Shown here: piece by piece, positions 1 through 13,555 of the stretch | Position numbering within the stretch: position 1 is the first letter of the stretch | How the letters are laid out: each line of letters opens with the position of its first letter | DNA from: Octopus vulgaris | Taxonomy: Eukaryota | Direction of reading: 5' to 3' | Length of the DNA: 64,000 nt | NCBI GenBank assembly: GCA_951406725.2 | Contig: OX597830.1 | Coordinates: 36,890,001-36,954,000, forward strand | Program-made: the position numbers and the translations under genes | Notes under the pieces: model-generated | Seen by the model: the letters and a program-made list of their open reading frames with translations, nothing else | What the model was told of the DNA's origin: nothing | The model's database searches: none

Positions 1-289
1 TCTTGACCTCATGGGCTATTTGGCGAATAGTTATGCGTCGATCTTCCAAAATGGCAGCCTCAACTTGACGGACAGAAGCCTCATTAATGGCAGAACGGGG
101 ACGACCATATCTGGGAGCTGTTTCCACAGAGTTCCGACCATGTTTGAATTCACGATGCCAGCGTTTTACAAGGTCATATGATGGGGCATCATCACCATAA
201 GTTACTTTCATTTCATCAAAAATCTCCCGTGGTGTGCGTCCTTTCAAATACAAAAACCGGATCACTGCTCGACACTCAACAGGCTCCAT
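1..289 (-). CDS. mariner transposase N-terminal HTH region (partial, open to the window edge; absent from the ORF track)
   Basis: Manual translation: MEPVECRAVIRFLYLKGRTPREIFDEMKVTYGDDAPSYDLVKRWHREFKHGRNSVETAPRYGRPRSAINEASVRQVEAAILEDRRITIRQIAHEVK. HTH1-GRPR-HTH2 layout typical of mariner transposases, with no stop in 96 codons. Confidence 0.85.
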   Translation of the reverse strand, partial: MEPVECRAVIRFLYLKGRTPREIFDEMKVTYGDDAPSYDLVKRWHREFKHGRNSVETAPRYGRPRSAINEASVRQVEAAILEDRRITIRQIAHEVK

Positions 290-458
290 TTCATACTTGA
301 CTCAGTTCAAACACCTGTAAATCAGAAACCACAATTAGTTCAGAGCTGTAATTTTCCACTTAATCTATAGAGATATAAATAATTGCACATGTAAACTTTC
401 AGCTAGATCAAACAACTGCAAGTGGGTCAGAGGCATTACTTATTGAACGCCACTCGTA
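1..458 (-). mobile_element. mariner transposon, 5' end (TIR plus N-terminal transposase), running off the window edge
   Basis: The reverse complement of 434-458 is TA+CGAGTGGCGTTCAATAAGTAATG, a mariner-type TIR with TA target. An ATG at 289 opens a transposase frame. Confidence 0.9.
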
Positions 459-721
459 CCTAACAGCTCTGGTGCGTAAAACGGTTCATTTGGAATAGAT
501 TCATTTCCACAACGAGTCGAATCGACCTGAAGTTTGATTTTTATCGACGTCTGGAAAAGGAATGGCAACGTCAACTTTGTTTTTTTGGGCGGGGCTGTTT
601 AGACCTGAGCTCAAAATGCAAACGGGGGTTAAGCCGATGTCTTTACGGTTTTTGTCATGCGTCGACCTTAATGGCAGACTTTGTGAATGAAAAAGCTTAG
701 GTAATTTTAGCACGGGTGAAA

Positions 722-878
722 GTATGGTTGAATGGTTAAGTTCATTTTGGGGCCATGGAGTTTCAGGTTCTGTCCCACTGCACGGTACCTTGAGGAAATG
801 TCTCCAACTGTAGCCCTGGGTCAAACAATCTCTTGTAAATGAATTTGGATGACTGAAACTTTGTGCAAGTTCGTCGTA
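722..878 (+). mobile_element. diverged copy of SINE family A (5' half)
   Basis: GGTTCTGTCCCACTGCACGGTACCTTGAGGAAATGTCT...GAATTTGG...GAAACT matches the family A copy at 47071-47503, followed by the family's internal microsatellite. Confidence 0.65.
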
Positions 879-896
879 TACATACATGCATACATG

Positions 897-940
<44 letters not shown>

Positions 941-950
941 TGTATGTATG

Positions 951-987
<37 letters not shown>

Positions 988-988
988 T

Positions 989-1371
989 ATAATTATATCA
1001 AAGGGATCGGAAAACCACACCACACGCTAGACATAGACGGTTGAAATTTAAAAAAAAATGTAAATTCGACTTTCCCAAGTACATACGTGCAAATGTATGT
1101 ATACGTCCGTCCGACTTTGGTGTTCGTATGAGTATGTATGTATATTTGTGCTTCTATGCTTCAGAATATTTGTGCTGAAGAGAGCAGTAAGTATTTTGTT
1201 ACTTTTAGCTCGAAATTGGTCCGATACACAATTAAATGGGAAATTGTATTTATTATTTTTCATTTGCTCGTTTACAACCGGTGCTATAGGTGATATAAGG
1301 TGGATTTAAGTGCCATTTGGCATTCATGTCTAGCGTGTGGAGAGGTTTTCCGATCCCTTTGATATAATTAT
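989..1371 (+). mobile_element. inverted-repeat-bounded non-coding element carrying a hammerhead ribozyme (Penelope pLTR/retrozyme-like)
   Basis: 46-bp arms at 989-1034 and 1326-1371 are inverted copies with 2 mismatches. A (TA)n tract lies immediately to the left and a hammerhead lies inside. Confidence 0.7.
1170..1231 (+). ncRNA. type I hammerhead ribozyme, canonical core
   Basis: Stem I UUGUG(1170-74)/CACAA(1227-31); CUGAAGA 1175-81; stem II GAGC/GCUC with inner AGUAA/UUACU; GAA 1212-14; stem III AUUGG-U-CCGAU; cleavage triplet AUA ending at 1226. Confidence 0.85.
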
Positions 1372-1461
1372 GTATAAAATTATAATATATAGTATACAGA
1401 AATTACCTATGAGGTTTTTTTACACGCTGACCACTTGATAAGATCATTAAAGTGATTTTAT

Positions 1462-1565
<104 letters not shown>

Positions 1566-1682
1566 TATATATATATGTATATATACATATATATACATAT
1601 ATGTATATATATATATGTATATATACATATACATACATATATGTATATATATATATGTATATATATATATGTATATATACTT

Positions 1683-1738
<56 letters not shown>

Positions 1739-2005
1739 GTATATATATGTATATGTATATATATATGTATAAAAAAATATATACAAAAATACAAAATGGG
1801 ACAAGAACGCAAAACATTCAAATAGACGACACAAAAAAATGGACGGGTCATTCGAAGCCTCTAATCTTCAGTCAAGAAACGGATCATCCTCGCAACTTCA
1901 GCTGATTAATCTTGAGATATATATATATTTACGGAGATGTACCTGCATAGCAAGTGATTTGATCTGAGATCATGTGCTGAAACGAAAGCAATTGCAGCGT
2001 GGAAT

Positions 2006-2056
2006 TTTGTCAGTGTACAGGTCGCGGTCTTAAAGCGACGAAAATATTTTGACAAA
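2006..2056 (+). ncRNA. hammerhead-like fold with variant core (G3:C8 swap, U at position 6)
   Basis: Stem I UUUGUCA/UGACAAA (7 bp); core GUGUACA plus an extra G; stem II GUCGC/GCGAC; GAA; palindromic stem III AAUAUU; U17 at 2049. Confidence 0.6.
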
Positions 2057-2133
2057 TTAAACTTAAATGTTGAAGTCAATCGAACGGCTTTTGTGTGTTT
2101 CTTAAATGGCTTACAAACACCTTCCATGCTGCA

Positions 2134-2234
<101 letters not shown>

Positions 2235-2356
2235 ATATATATTTATATATATATATATGTGTATATATATATATAAGTACCTTTTTATCATTCTACTATA
2301 TATATGTATATATCTATCTATACACACATACATATATATGTTTATATACATGTCTG

Positions 2357-2397
<41 letters not shown>

Positions 2398-3155
2398 TTA
2401 TCCATCTGTATCCATATACATATACTAAATCCATGCCAGTATGGAATATAGGTATTAAACGATGATGATGGTGATGTGTTTGTGTGCGAGTGTATTGTAT
2501 GTGTGTGTATGTATGTGTGCGTGTGTGTGTATATGTGTGCGTGTGTATGTGTGTGCGTGAGTTTCTTGGCAACCGGTGTTGGTCTGCTTACATCACCGTA
2601 GCAAAACAAACAAAACAAGATAGAAAGAAAGAGAAAGAGAGAGAAAGAAAAACAAAAACTACTTGGGCAATTTGTTTGAGGTGGTACACCAATACGGTCT
2701 TCTCTAATGAATGACACAAATAAAACATAAAAATATATGAATCCACAACAGCAGGTAAAACTTATCTTACGTGCTTCTTTCACTTCCCCAAACACATACA
2801 GAGAACAGTAAGAGCATTCTGTGCGGGATATTAAAATACACATTGTTTTAGGATTGTCGAATACAATACACCCTGTGTCGTTTATTTACAACTGTATTTG
2901 ACTTGTCCTAGATTGTCAATCATTTTGACCATAGAAGCAGTGTTTTATTGGCGACGAAATACCACGGGCCATCCACCATTCCGCTGATTATCTGTTATTT
3001 CTACCATATCGATCATGTCGAATTTGATAAGGAATATTAATATGTTAATAGGGGAAAGTTATACATCCGTCTGTCAGTTTGTTTACTGCCTCGCCGACAG
3101 TTCATGCTTCAAACTACTTAGCCACTTCTTATTATCACGATATACATGCATTACA

Positions 3156-3224
<69 letters not shown>

Positions 3225-3335
3225 GCACACACACACACACACAAACACACACATTAAATATATACATATACATACATATATTATGTGCGTATACATATAT
3301 ATATATATATATATACACACACATATGTATATATG

Positions 3336-3367
<32 letters not shown>

Positions 3368-3400
3368 TATATAGATATATGTATATATATAAATATATGA

Positions 3401-3437
<37 letters not shown>

Positions 3438-3463
3438 TAGATATATGTATATATATAAATATA

Positions 3464-3513
<50 letters not shown>

Positions 3514-4452
3514 CACATATATAGATATATGTATATATATAAATATATGAATATATATATGTATATACATATACATGTATATATATACATATATATACAT
3601 GTATACATGTGTATTCATATGCATATATGTACGTATATATAAATGTGTGTGTGCATATGTGTGTATTCACATGTATATATATGCATGTATGCATAGCTTT
3701 GAATAAGAATCTCTCTCTTTTTCTCTCTCTTTCTCTCTTTATCTATCTGCCTGTTTATCTGTGCATGTGCATACCCACTCGCATACATATTCGTACATGT
3801 ATGCGTTGCTTCGCCTGTATGCGTATGTATCGTATGTATATCTCTGAGCCTTCTGCGTGCATATATGTATGTAAATAAATACACATGCATACAGAATTTC
3901 CCCCTTGCTATTTGAAAGAGCTCCAAACATTGGGAGTGAATGTCAATAGAAATAGCAATTTAATTAAAATAGCTTCTAATCCTAAGGTTGCTATGCAAAT
4001 ACTTTATTGCTTCTGTAATGTTTATGCAACCAAAGTAGAGAATGCTAAGTGGGGGTTTCAGAGAACTAAAATAACGGTTGGTGTGTTACGAATCTTTTAG
4101 AATGTATCGAAATGATAGGAAACAGGAATCGTGCGGTAAATAAGGCTACTGTCAAAGACAGCAAACAATGGCGGTTTCAATTGTTGTCTTGCTTCTAGGA
4201 CTGCAAAATATCGATTTTCTTTTGATTACGTTAAGCACAGAAAAAAATGTTCTGGGCAATGGGTTATAAATAATTGCATCTTCCTTAATATACTAGTGGT
4301 TCAGATTCTACTGTTATCCGACAAAATTGTGAATTACCGACGAAATTACATGTTGAAATTTGATCTCTGCGCGTAAGAATAATTGAGAATAAAAACAAAT
4401 TAGGATTTTCTTCGATTTTCTGTCTCTTATAAAATCCACCTGCCTCTGCAGT

Positions 4453-4673
4453 TACGAGAAGGTGCTGAAAACTTCCTGGCTTTAAGGGTGTCGCAAGAGG
4501 CCTGGGCGGAGACTCAATCTTCCAAGTTCTTTTACAGGAATTAAGAAAGCTGAAGGACTGCTGCAATAAATGTGCGAATCTGAGAGGGGAATATGCTGAG
4601 TAAAATTATAATTAACTGATCCTCCTGTATTTTCTTCTACTCAAAACCAGGAAGTTTTCATCATCCCGTCGTA
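4453..4673. mobile_element. mariner-derived MITE (~220 bp)
   Basis: Imperfect ~30-bp TIRs, TA-CGAGAAGGTGCTGAAAACTTCCTGGCTTT and AAAACCAGGAAGTTTTCATCATCCCGTCG-TA, with TA on both flanks. Confidence 0.75.
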
Positions 4674-4907
4674 TTTGGTAACCAGGGATGGATTTCTAAT
4701 GAGGAATTTTACTTGGCAACCAGTTGGTTCCCACTGTAATCGTACAACACTGTAAAATACGAAAATAGGTTTCTACCATAACCTCGGCTTCATTAATATC
4801 TTGAAGGTAGAATTTGGTAAGCAGGAACTGTGCAAAAGCTCAACAGTACTTTATTTCATTGTGAATATAATTTCGATAAATCAAAGCAAAACCTTACCTT
4901 GTACGAT

Positions 4908-5256
4908 GCTGGCAGAAAGGTTAGCACGCCGGGCGAAATGCGTAGCCGTATTTCGTCTGCCGCTACGTTCTGAGTTCAAATTCTGCCGAGGTCGACTTTG
5001 CCTTTCATCCTTTCGGGGTCGATTAAATAAGTACCAGTTACGCACTGGGGTCGATATAATCGACTTAATCCGTTTGTTTGTCCTTGTTTGTCCTCTTTGT
5101 GTTTAGCTCCTTGTGGGTATTTCGTTTGTCTTTATGTTCTGAGTTCAAATTCCGTCGAGGTCGACTTTGTCTTTCATCCTTTCGGGGTTGATAAATTAAA
5201 TAGCAGACTGGTCCCTACTCAAAAAATTTCGGGCCTTGTACCTAGAGTAGAAAAGG
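4908..5256 (+). mobile_element. SINE family B (tRNA-like head, GCCTTTCATCCTTTCGGGGTCGAT core) with internal duplication
   Basis: Head GCTGGCAGAAAGGTTAGC...GAGTTCAAATTC (A/B-box-like); the core occurs twice; near-identical copies at 28.5-29.1, 49.2-49.5, 57.1-57.4 and 59.3-60.0 kb. Confidence 0.85.
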
Positions 5257-5264
5257 ATTTGTGC

Positions 5265-5475
5265 ATAGCGCCGATTTCTCTGGCGTATATATTCCTCCTT
5301 GGACGGGATGCCGGTTCATCGCAGGATTGCTCATTTTTATCATTTGAGTTGATTGGAGCAACGTGAAATGAAGTGTTTTGCTCAAGAACACAACGCATCG
5401 CCCGATCCAGGAATCGAAACCAAAATCTTACGATCACAAGCCCAACACCCCAACCACTAAGCTATGGGCCTCCAC
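5265..5475 (-). mobile_element. SINE family C-related copy
   Basis: GGAATCGAAACC...ACGATC...AACCACTAAGC...GCCTCCAC is the reverse complement of a tRNA-like head. It shares GGAGCAACGTGAAATGAAGTGT..TGCTCAAG with the copy at 30.0 kb. Confidence 0.7.
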
Positions 5476-5571
5476 ACGATATTTGATATACCATTCTTCA
5501 TTTGGGTTGTCCCGATTCATGCTACCGGCCACTCGTTAAACAGCTACGAACTCCTGCGTTTGACTCTAGAG

Positions 5572-5653
5572 CAGTAGTTTACAACCTTTGGTCCGCGGGA
5601 AAACTCATTGAAATAAAAGGCGTCCTTGGTAGTGAAAATGCTGGGAATCACTG
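5572..5653. mobile_element. tiny hAT-type MITE (82 bp)
   Basis: Termini CAGTAGTTTACAAC...GCTGGGAATCACTG and a perfect 8-bp TSD CTCTAGAG (5564-71, 5654-61). Confidence 0.8.
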
Positions 5654-6107
5654 CTCTAGAGCGTAGAACTTTCGAAAGAAATAATTTTAGGTCGACCTGT
5701 ACTTTGTTAATAATAGTGGGTGGATGAAAATTGTATAGTAAACCTCTGTTTGAATTTTAACAGTAATTCAAAGAGTATAGTTTGTCATAAAGTGAGACGC
5801 TGGTTTGTTTGAAAATTACGATGTGGGTTCATGTGTCTTATATCATGAGGAAAGGTCAATTTGTCCGAAAAATCACTACATCAGATCTATAAGGCTCCTA
5901 AGGCTATATTTATTTCTTAAATATAGCCACGAAACACGTCGCCTTATTCTACCAAGTATATACGTTTTATTTATTATTTTGCACATTACTTAATCATCGG
6001 TATATTATTTTTATCGTATATTTAATATTTCTATTATATGTAATTTTCTAGACGGTGTAATTTAGTTGTTCATTTTGAATTGATAACAGGTGGGTTTTTT
6101 TCTAATT

Positions 6108-6183
<76 letters not shown>

Positions 6184-6735
6184 CGTGCGTGCGCGTGTGT
6201 CCAAAGTTAAGGAATAGGGAATAAGGAAATGTCTTTACTTTAGTCACGTATGTGACTGATGCCGTTGCATGGTGTTAAAAGACGAATATTAAGCTATATT
6301 TGATTGGTCAATGCCAGCCTTGCATACGTACTCACAGACACACACATTCACTCACTCACTCACTCACTCACACAGATACATGCGTATACACGTATAATCA
6401 TACGCATCAACACAGCACAGAAACATTCAAGCAACCAAACCAAATACACGCACGCACATTCCATGTATACGCTTGCTCCTACCGTCACATATAGAGGCAT
6501 ATATTAATATATAATATTTCACTTTTTAGTTTTGGTGACAAGAAAACTGGAGATGGGATTATTGTTTTTAAGATATCACGCGATAAAAATATTTCCATCG
6601 TATCAATCTTTTCTACATCTCGCAATGTCATTATGTTTGTCTACATAACTGCTTGTATGCTGCATTTTCTGTACTTGGTTCTGTACGTATATATCGTATC
6701 TATTAAAGATAATATTACACACACACACACACATG

Positions 6736-6862
<127 letters not shown>

Positions 6863-6914
6863 AAGAGATTTTTAGTTGTACTTATCGATACTTGTAACTA
6901 TTATTTTATTATAA

Positions 6915-7190
6915 AGCCTGGTACTTATTCTACCGGTCTCTTTTGCCTAACCGCTAATTAATGGGACGTAAACATGCCAACAATGGTTACGAAGTGGAGG
7001 TAGGAGATAAACAGACACAAAGACACACTCACACATATATGACGGGCTTCTTACAGTTTCTGTCTACCAAATCGAATCACGAACAGTTGGTCGGCCCGTA
7101 GCTATAGTAGAAGACACTAGCCCAAGGTGCTATGAAGTAGGACTGAACCCGGAACCGTGTAGTTGGGAGACAAACTTCTTATCACATAGG
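6915..7190 (-). mobile_element. SINE family A copy
   Basis: Matches 35923-36344 (TACTTATTCTA..., GACGGGCTTCTT.CAGTTTC, GCTATAGTAGAAGACAC, GACTGAACCCGGAACC). Confidence 0.8.
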
Positions 7191-7244
7191 CATATATGGC
7201 ATTTTATATTTGTCAATATATATATATATATATACTTTTATTAT

Positions 7245-7510
7245 TATACTTGTTTCAATCATTTGATTACGGTCATGCTGGAGCATCACATTAAAGCGTT
7301 TTAGTCGACGATATCGACCCCAGAACTTATTCTTTGTAAGCCTAGTACTTATTCTAGGCTTAGAATATATACCACGGGCTTCTTTCAGTTTCCGTTCACA
7401 AACCCACTCGTAAGGTTTTGGTCGGCCCGAGGCTATAGTAGAAGACACTTGCCACGCAGTGGGCCTGAACCCGGAACTATGCGGTTGGAAAGCAAGCTTC
7501 TTACGACACA
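7245..7510 (-). mobile_element. SINE family A copy (internally deleted)
   Basis: TACTTGTTTCAATCATTTGA...GCTATAGTAGAAGACACTTGCC...GAACCCGGAAC matches family A. Confidence 0.8.
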
Positions 7511-7791
7511 AGCACGCATATATGCATGTGTATGAATGCATATATATGCATGTGTATGAATATATACATATGTATATATATGAATATATACATAAGTATG
7601 TGTATACACACATATGTATATATATATGTATATGTATATATGAATATATATGGGAGAAAGAGAAAGAAAATGGAATTTACGAGGCTCTTTATTAATCACT
7701 ACGATCATTTTCACCGTAATCGACTCATTCCCGCCAACAAAATTGCTGCCTTGTGGAAAAATTTGAAAGTATCATCATCATCATCACCATC

Positions 7792-7853
<62 letters not shown>

Positions 7854-8299
7854 ACACACACACACACAAACATTTATATGTCGGTTTCATTATTAGTCAT
7901 TCTATCCACGTACTATTTCTAATTGCATATTTACCTACACAACTATGAACCTATTTACCCATTTATCTTCATTGCTGTCTCCCTATTTATCGTTACATGT
8001 ATTTCTATACAAATCTCTCTATAAACTAAAGTATCTATACGCACGGCTAACTCTCTATCTTCATATATATATTTTTTTATTTGAATATAAGTCCTAGGTT
8101 TCAACACGTAATTCACGTTTTCAAACTCTTCTAAAGTATTTATATGCGCGCCTGAAGTTTTTTTTTAGTAAACACTGAAACCTATGTAGAAGGTTCACAC
8201 ATTTATCCAAATAAAAAATAATTTCAATATTTCAGTAAGTACTGATCGCTATAATAAAGCTCTTGTTAAAAGTCTCCGTTGTCATCTTCGTATAGAGAT

Positions 8300-8655
8300 C
8301 TTTTATCTTTTACTTGTTTCAGTCATTAGACTGCGGCCATGCTGGGGCACCGCCTTGGAGAATTTTTAGTAAGACGAATCGACCTCGGTACACTTTTTAA
8401 AGCCTGGTAGTTATTCTAGGAAATTCTAATTGACGAACTGCTAAGTTACGCAGACGTAAGAAAACCGATAAGACTTCCCCCTCCACATATTCGACGGGCT
8501 TCTTTCAGTTTCTTTCTACCAAATCTACTCACAAGGCTTTGGTCGACCCGCGTCTCTAGTAGAAGACATTTGCTTCAGGTGTCAAGCAGTTGGACTGAAT
8601 TCGGAACCATTTGGTTGTGAAGTGAACTTCTTACCTCAAAACCACCCCTGCACCT
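8300..8655 (-). mobile_element. SINE family A copy
   Basis: TTTTACTTGTTTCAGTCATTAGACTGCGGCCATGCTGG tail through GACTGAATTCGGAACCAT head. Confidence 0.8.
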
Positions 8656-8960
8656 ATATACACTCACTGCTACTAATGTACGAAAATTGAATTTCAATAT
8701 TGGATTCTGACCCTTGACCTTATTCCCAAGTAAGTAACCTAGTCACTGGTTAGTGTTTATATGTGTCTGTGGAGTAATATAATTGGCCGTGTCTCTTGCT
8801 CCCTTCCTACACGTATTTGTTTGGGAGTTTGTTCGAGAATTTCTACAGACATACATATACATATATATGTATTTGTATGTATATGCATATATGTCTGTGC
8901 ATATATGTATGTATATATATATATGTAATTATATATACATACATCCATATATAAATGCAA

Positions 8961-9106
<146 letters not shown>

Positions 9107-9392
9107 GTGTTTTCATGGATGTGGAGGGAAATGTTTTAAACCGGTTAAACTGGATAAATATTGAATGCTCCAGGCTAGAGATAATGGAAAACAAATTTGG
9201 AAAAAGATAAACAAGCATTAGAGGTTAAATTGAAAGATTTAAGGATTAGATCATAAATTTAAGAAAATAATAAACTACAAAGCCATTTCCCCCCTCACTT
9301 CCTTCCTTCCTTCCTTCCTTCCTGCCTTCCCTCCTTTTTCTTTCTTTCTTTCTTTCTTTCTGCTTGCCTGTCTATGTATGTATGTATGCATG

Positions 9393-9474
<82 letters not shown>

Positions 9475-9475
9475 C

Positions 9476-9539
<64 letters not shown>

Positions 9540-9990
9540 AGTTATTTTTACACGCACATACCCAGACACACACATATGTATGTGAGTTTGTGTCTAGCAT
9601 GCACACATATAAGCTGCTACAACATGTCTAAATGATTAAGAAGTACACTTGCTGACCACGATGTCTCGAGTTCGATTTCACTGTTGGTGTCTTGGGCAAC
9701 TGGTAGTTTTATAACCTCGGCTCCACCCATTAGTTATTGTATGGAGGCCCTTCGGTTGAAATGAGACGATATTTCAAAAAGTGTCGTCTTATCGGACACT
9801 GAACACACTTGATTGATCAACGAGAACCACGCTGTCAAACTACGGAGATCCTACACACTCGTCCGTATATACACATACATACACACACGCACACACACAC
9901 GCACATACGCACACGCACGCACGTGCATGCACGCACATGCACACACATGCACACTCATTTATACGACTCTGTTCCCGACAGTTTGCTTAC

Positions 9991-10068
9991 TTGGGAAAAG
10001 TGATGCACAGTATGGTGAAATTGCTGTTGTGAGTGGATCATCCAGCGTTTCGGAAAATGTCCTTCTTC
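9991..10068 (-). other. candidate 78-bp internal exon of an unidentified minus-strand transcript
   Basis: Minus strand: a long pyrimidine tract TTTCTGTCTTTCTTTCATTTCCTTG...AACCAG|GAAG and donor CCAA|GTAAGC. Length is divisible by 3 with two open frames; no recognisable protein. Confidence 0.35.
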
Positions 10069-12101
10069 CTGGTTAAGTTAACAGCAAGGAAATGAAAGAA
10101 AGACAGAAACATTTTTATGCTATACATTGGAGAGACTGGCTGCAACTGATAAGAAACGCAAGACAAGATGAGCTTCATATGTAGATAGGAAGTAGTAAGA
10201 GAGTCAAGCTGAATGAGAGAGGGAGAAGGAAAGAGAAATGGAAAGAAGAAAAGAAGAGGGCAAGAGTTAGGTGGAGGAAAAACTAAAGTGAGAGGGAAGC
10301 TGAATGATAAGCATTGAACAACTGGACTACGAGATATAAGAGACGAAGTATTTCAATCCAAAATTTAAAAATAATACAATAATCCCTATTAATATTCCTA
10401 TAATGTATAAACTCTTAATCTCTATACATAATCATTACCATGAAACCGAATAAATCTTACTAATACTGACGACCATAAAGTAGCCTCACAACTCCAAAAA
10501 CAATCACAATAATAATAATATGAGATGAATAATATAAGAGACGAAGGTAAAGAAAAAGCATCCATTTAAACTCCTCGGTGACATGGTTCCCTGTTCAAAT
10601 ATGAAACATTGTTCCTTCCTCTCTCTTGAGTATGAAGATCCACAATGCACAGAGATGTCGTTCATTGATAAGTGGATAATGGAATGATTGTTGTGTCGAA
10701 GTGTTTGACGGCAGGTTGGCCAGGCATACGTAGTAGTGTACTTTGAACGAGCGACTAAACTTGCTCACTCACCAGATTAGCCGGATGAGAAGTGCTGCCC
10801 GTAATCCAGCATGGTGAATACAAATCTGCAGAAAGTAAGGATGAAACAACTATAGGTTCAACAACTACGTTGCAATAGTGCGTGGACATAGAAATACTGG
10901 ATATGGTTAACAAATGCGTTTTAAAAGTTCATGTTAGAACATGCGTCTAACATTGGGACATAAGGATTCTTTAGTTGAGGTTGGGTCGACTTATCTACAC
11001 TGCATTGTTGCATTGTTAGTTATTTGCTGGAAGATTACAGCTAAAGAACAAGAGAGACAAACTGATAAATTTAAGCAATTTCCGACAGACTGGGTTTTCA
11101 GTATCATTCTGTAAACATGAGGAAGTACCAGTCATTTTGGACATTTAAACCACGGGATCTTTAAACAGTGTAGATAGAGAAACGGGAAATTGCCGCTATA
11201 AAGCTGTGCTGCACATGTCAGGGTATCGAGCGAACTGTGATGATGAAATTTCATTACTTCCGTAGATTTCTTTTTTAGCTGGGAGGAAGCGCGCGAGGTG
11301 TTATCATTTTGTCCCAGTTTAAAACTCAAGTAGACTTACAATGAAAAGCGTTCCAGCTGCGACCACACTGCCTTTTGTAGTTCCAAAGGACTAGACTATA
11401 TTCTTTCATGTCATTTTTTCTTGAGACGAATTAAGGAATTTTGATTACTATATCCAGCAGGTCAAACGATCACATTTACAATTGTCAAAATAGATTGTTA
11501 GTAGGGTATAGAAACACTTTAATCAAGGTGGGGGCGATTTAGCCGCACGAAACTGTTGACTCGTTCATGAATACAGCATGACATAAAGTAGACGAATTCA
11601 CTCTGTTGCTATGCGAGTTGATGACTGCCATGGTTTTGTCGGTAATATTTGATTTGTGTTTGCAGACTTCAGTGCAGAGATGTTAGCTGCAGTTTTCTGC
11701 TATTTTACTAGCATTAAGATGGCTTTTGTTCTTAGGTAATTTTAGTTACTTATTGTTGTTGTTGTTGTTGTTGTTCATGATTATGTGGTAGTACTGTAGG
11801 GTGGATTTTTGGTGGTGTTGCTGTAGATGGCAGTAGTGGTTGGGATTGTACTGTGATCCTGCTGCAGTCAAAGCTGAAGCCAACAGCAGAAACTATAAGC
11901 CAAGTTTAGCACGGATAAGGGAAGAAAAGAAAGGAAGAGTGTAGAGAGATTTTACTATCAAATTCTTTCCCTCTCTTACGCGCACACACACATATATATA
12001 TAATACATTGTCATATATACATGCAAACATATATACACACACATATATATATATATACAGCTTAATATATATATACAGCTTAATATAAATATACAGCTTA
12101 A

Positions 12102-12150
<49 letters not shown>

Positions 12151-12286
12151 GTATGTGTGTAATATATGTATGTGTAATTTTCTTTGTAAGTTTATCAAAG
12201 CGGATTAAATATATCAACGATATCCAATTTCAGATTTTATTACATCCAACAGCAACGGATAGGTGGATGGGAATGTGCAGTTATAT

Positions 12287-12332
<46 letters not shown>

Positions 12333-12333
12333 A

Positions 12334-12405
<72 letters not shown>

Positions 12406-12459
12406 TATATATACATACATATATATATAGATATACATGTACATATGTGTGTAGATGTG

Positions 12460-12628
<169 letters not shown>

Positions 12629-13440
12629 GTGTGTGTAAGTATGGTATCCGTAGTAGCGCTATTGACCAATACATTTATGCGCGAAGAATACATGTAAACA
12701 CCGAATTAGAGTGATGTCTATTTTAGACGGCAATGTAAGCGATAACATTGACTTTATTTTAATACTTCAATATACACATGTTGATGCTTAATCAGGGGAA
12801 ATGCTGTGAAATTCTACACCTGTCTTGTGGAAAGTAATGCCACTTGAATAATATTTTCTTCTTCTTCTTTGTTTTTCGATACGCTCGAAGATTGATTTTA
12901 GTTGGTAAATCTCTTTTTTCCTCAAATTCAATGCAATTTGTTGGATACGTAAAAAAAAATAAAATAAAAATAAAAGCAAAACGAAACAAAGAGTAAAAAA
13001 ATACAAAAAGCAACAAAACATACGAAAAACAAGAAACTGCAACAGAAAATAAACAAGAAACAAAAGAAAAAGAAAAAAACTTTTAGTGTTATGGTGTGCT
13101 GTGGTGTGTAAGTGTTACTGGTGTAGCTGCTGCGGCTACTGCTGCTGCTTCTGCTGAAGAGCGTAATCCTGACACCGTAAAACTAAACCATAGAAGAAAA
13201 TGAAATGATGATACGAACGCGCGCACGCACACACACAGACACACACATGCATGCGCACATACATTCACATACACGCACACATGCATACGTGCGTACAAAC
13301 ATACACGCTCACGCACACACATAAACACTTGCTTACGCGCATACACGAATATGCATACGAACATATGTATGCACACACACACATATATAATAATATATAT
13401 ATATATAATTATATTTGCATACATATATATTATATATATA

Positions 13441-13485
<45 letters not shown>

Positions 13486-13499
13486 AATATATATATATA

Positions 13500-13551
<52 letters not shown>

Positions 13552-13555
<4 letters not shown>

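Noticed and set aside
1835-1918. Minus-strand CUGAAGA...CGAAU hammerhead-like motif between (TA)n tracts
   Set aside because: Stems I and II are unconvincing and A15.1 is missing. It may belong to the same element class but is not supportable as a ribozyme.
13089-13200. Minus-strand Ala/Gln-rich segment that might be an exon
   Set aside because: Weak acceptor, short low-complexity frames and no donor identified.
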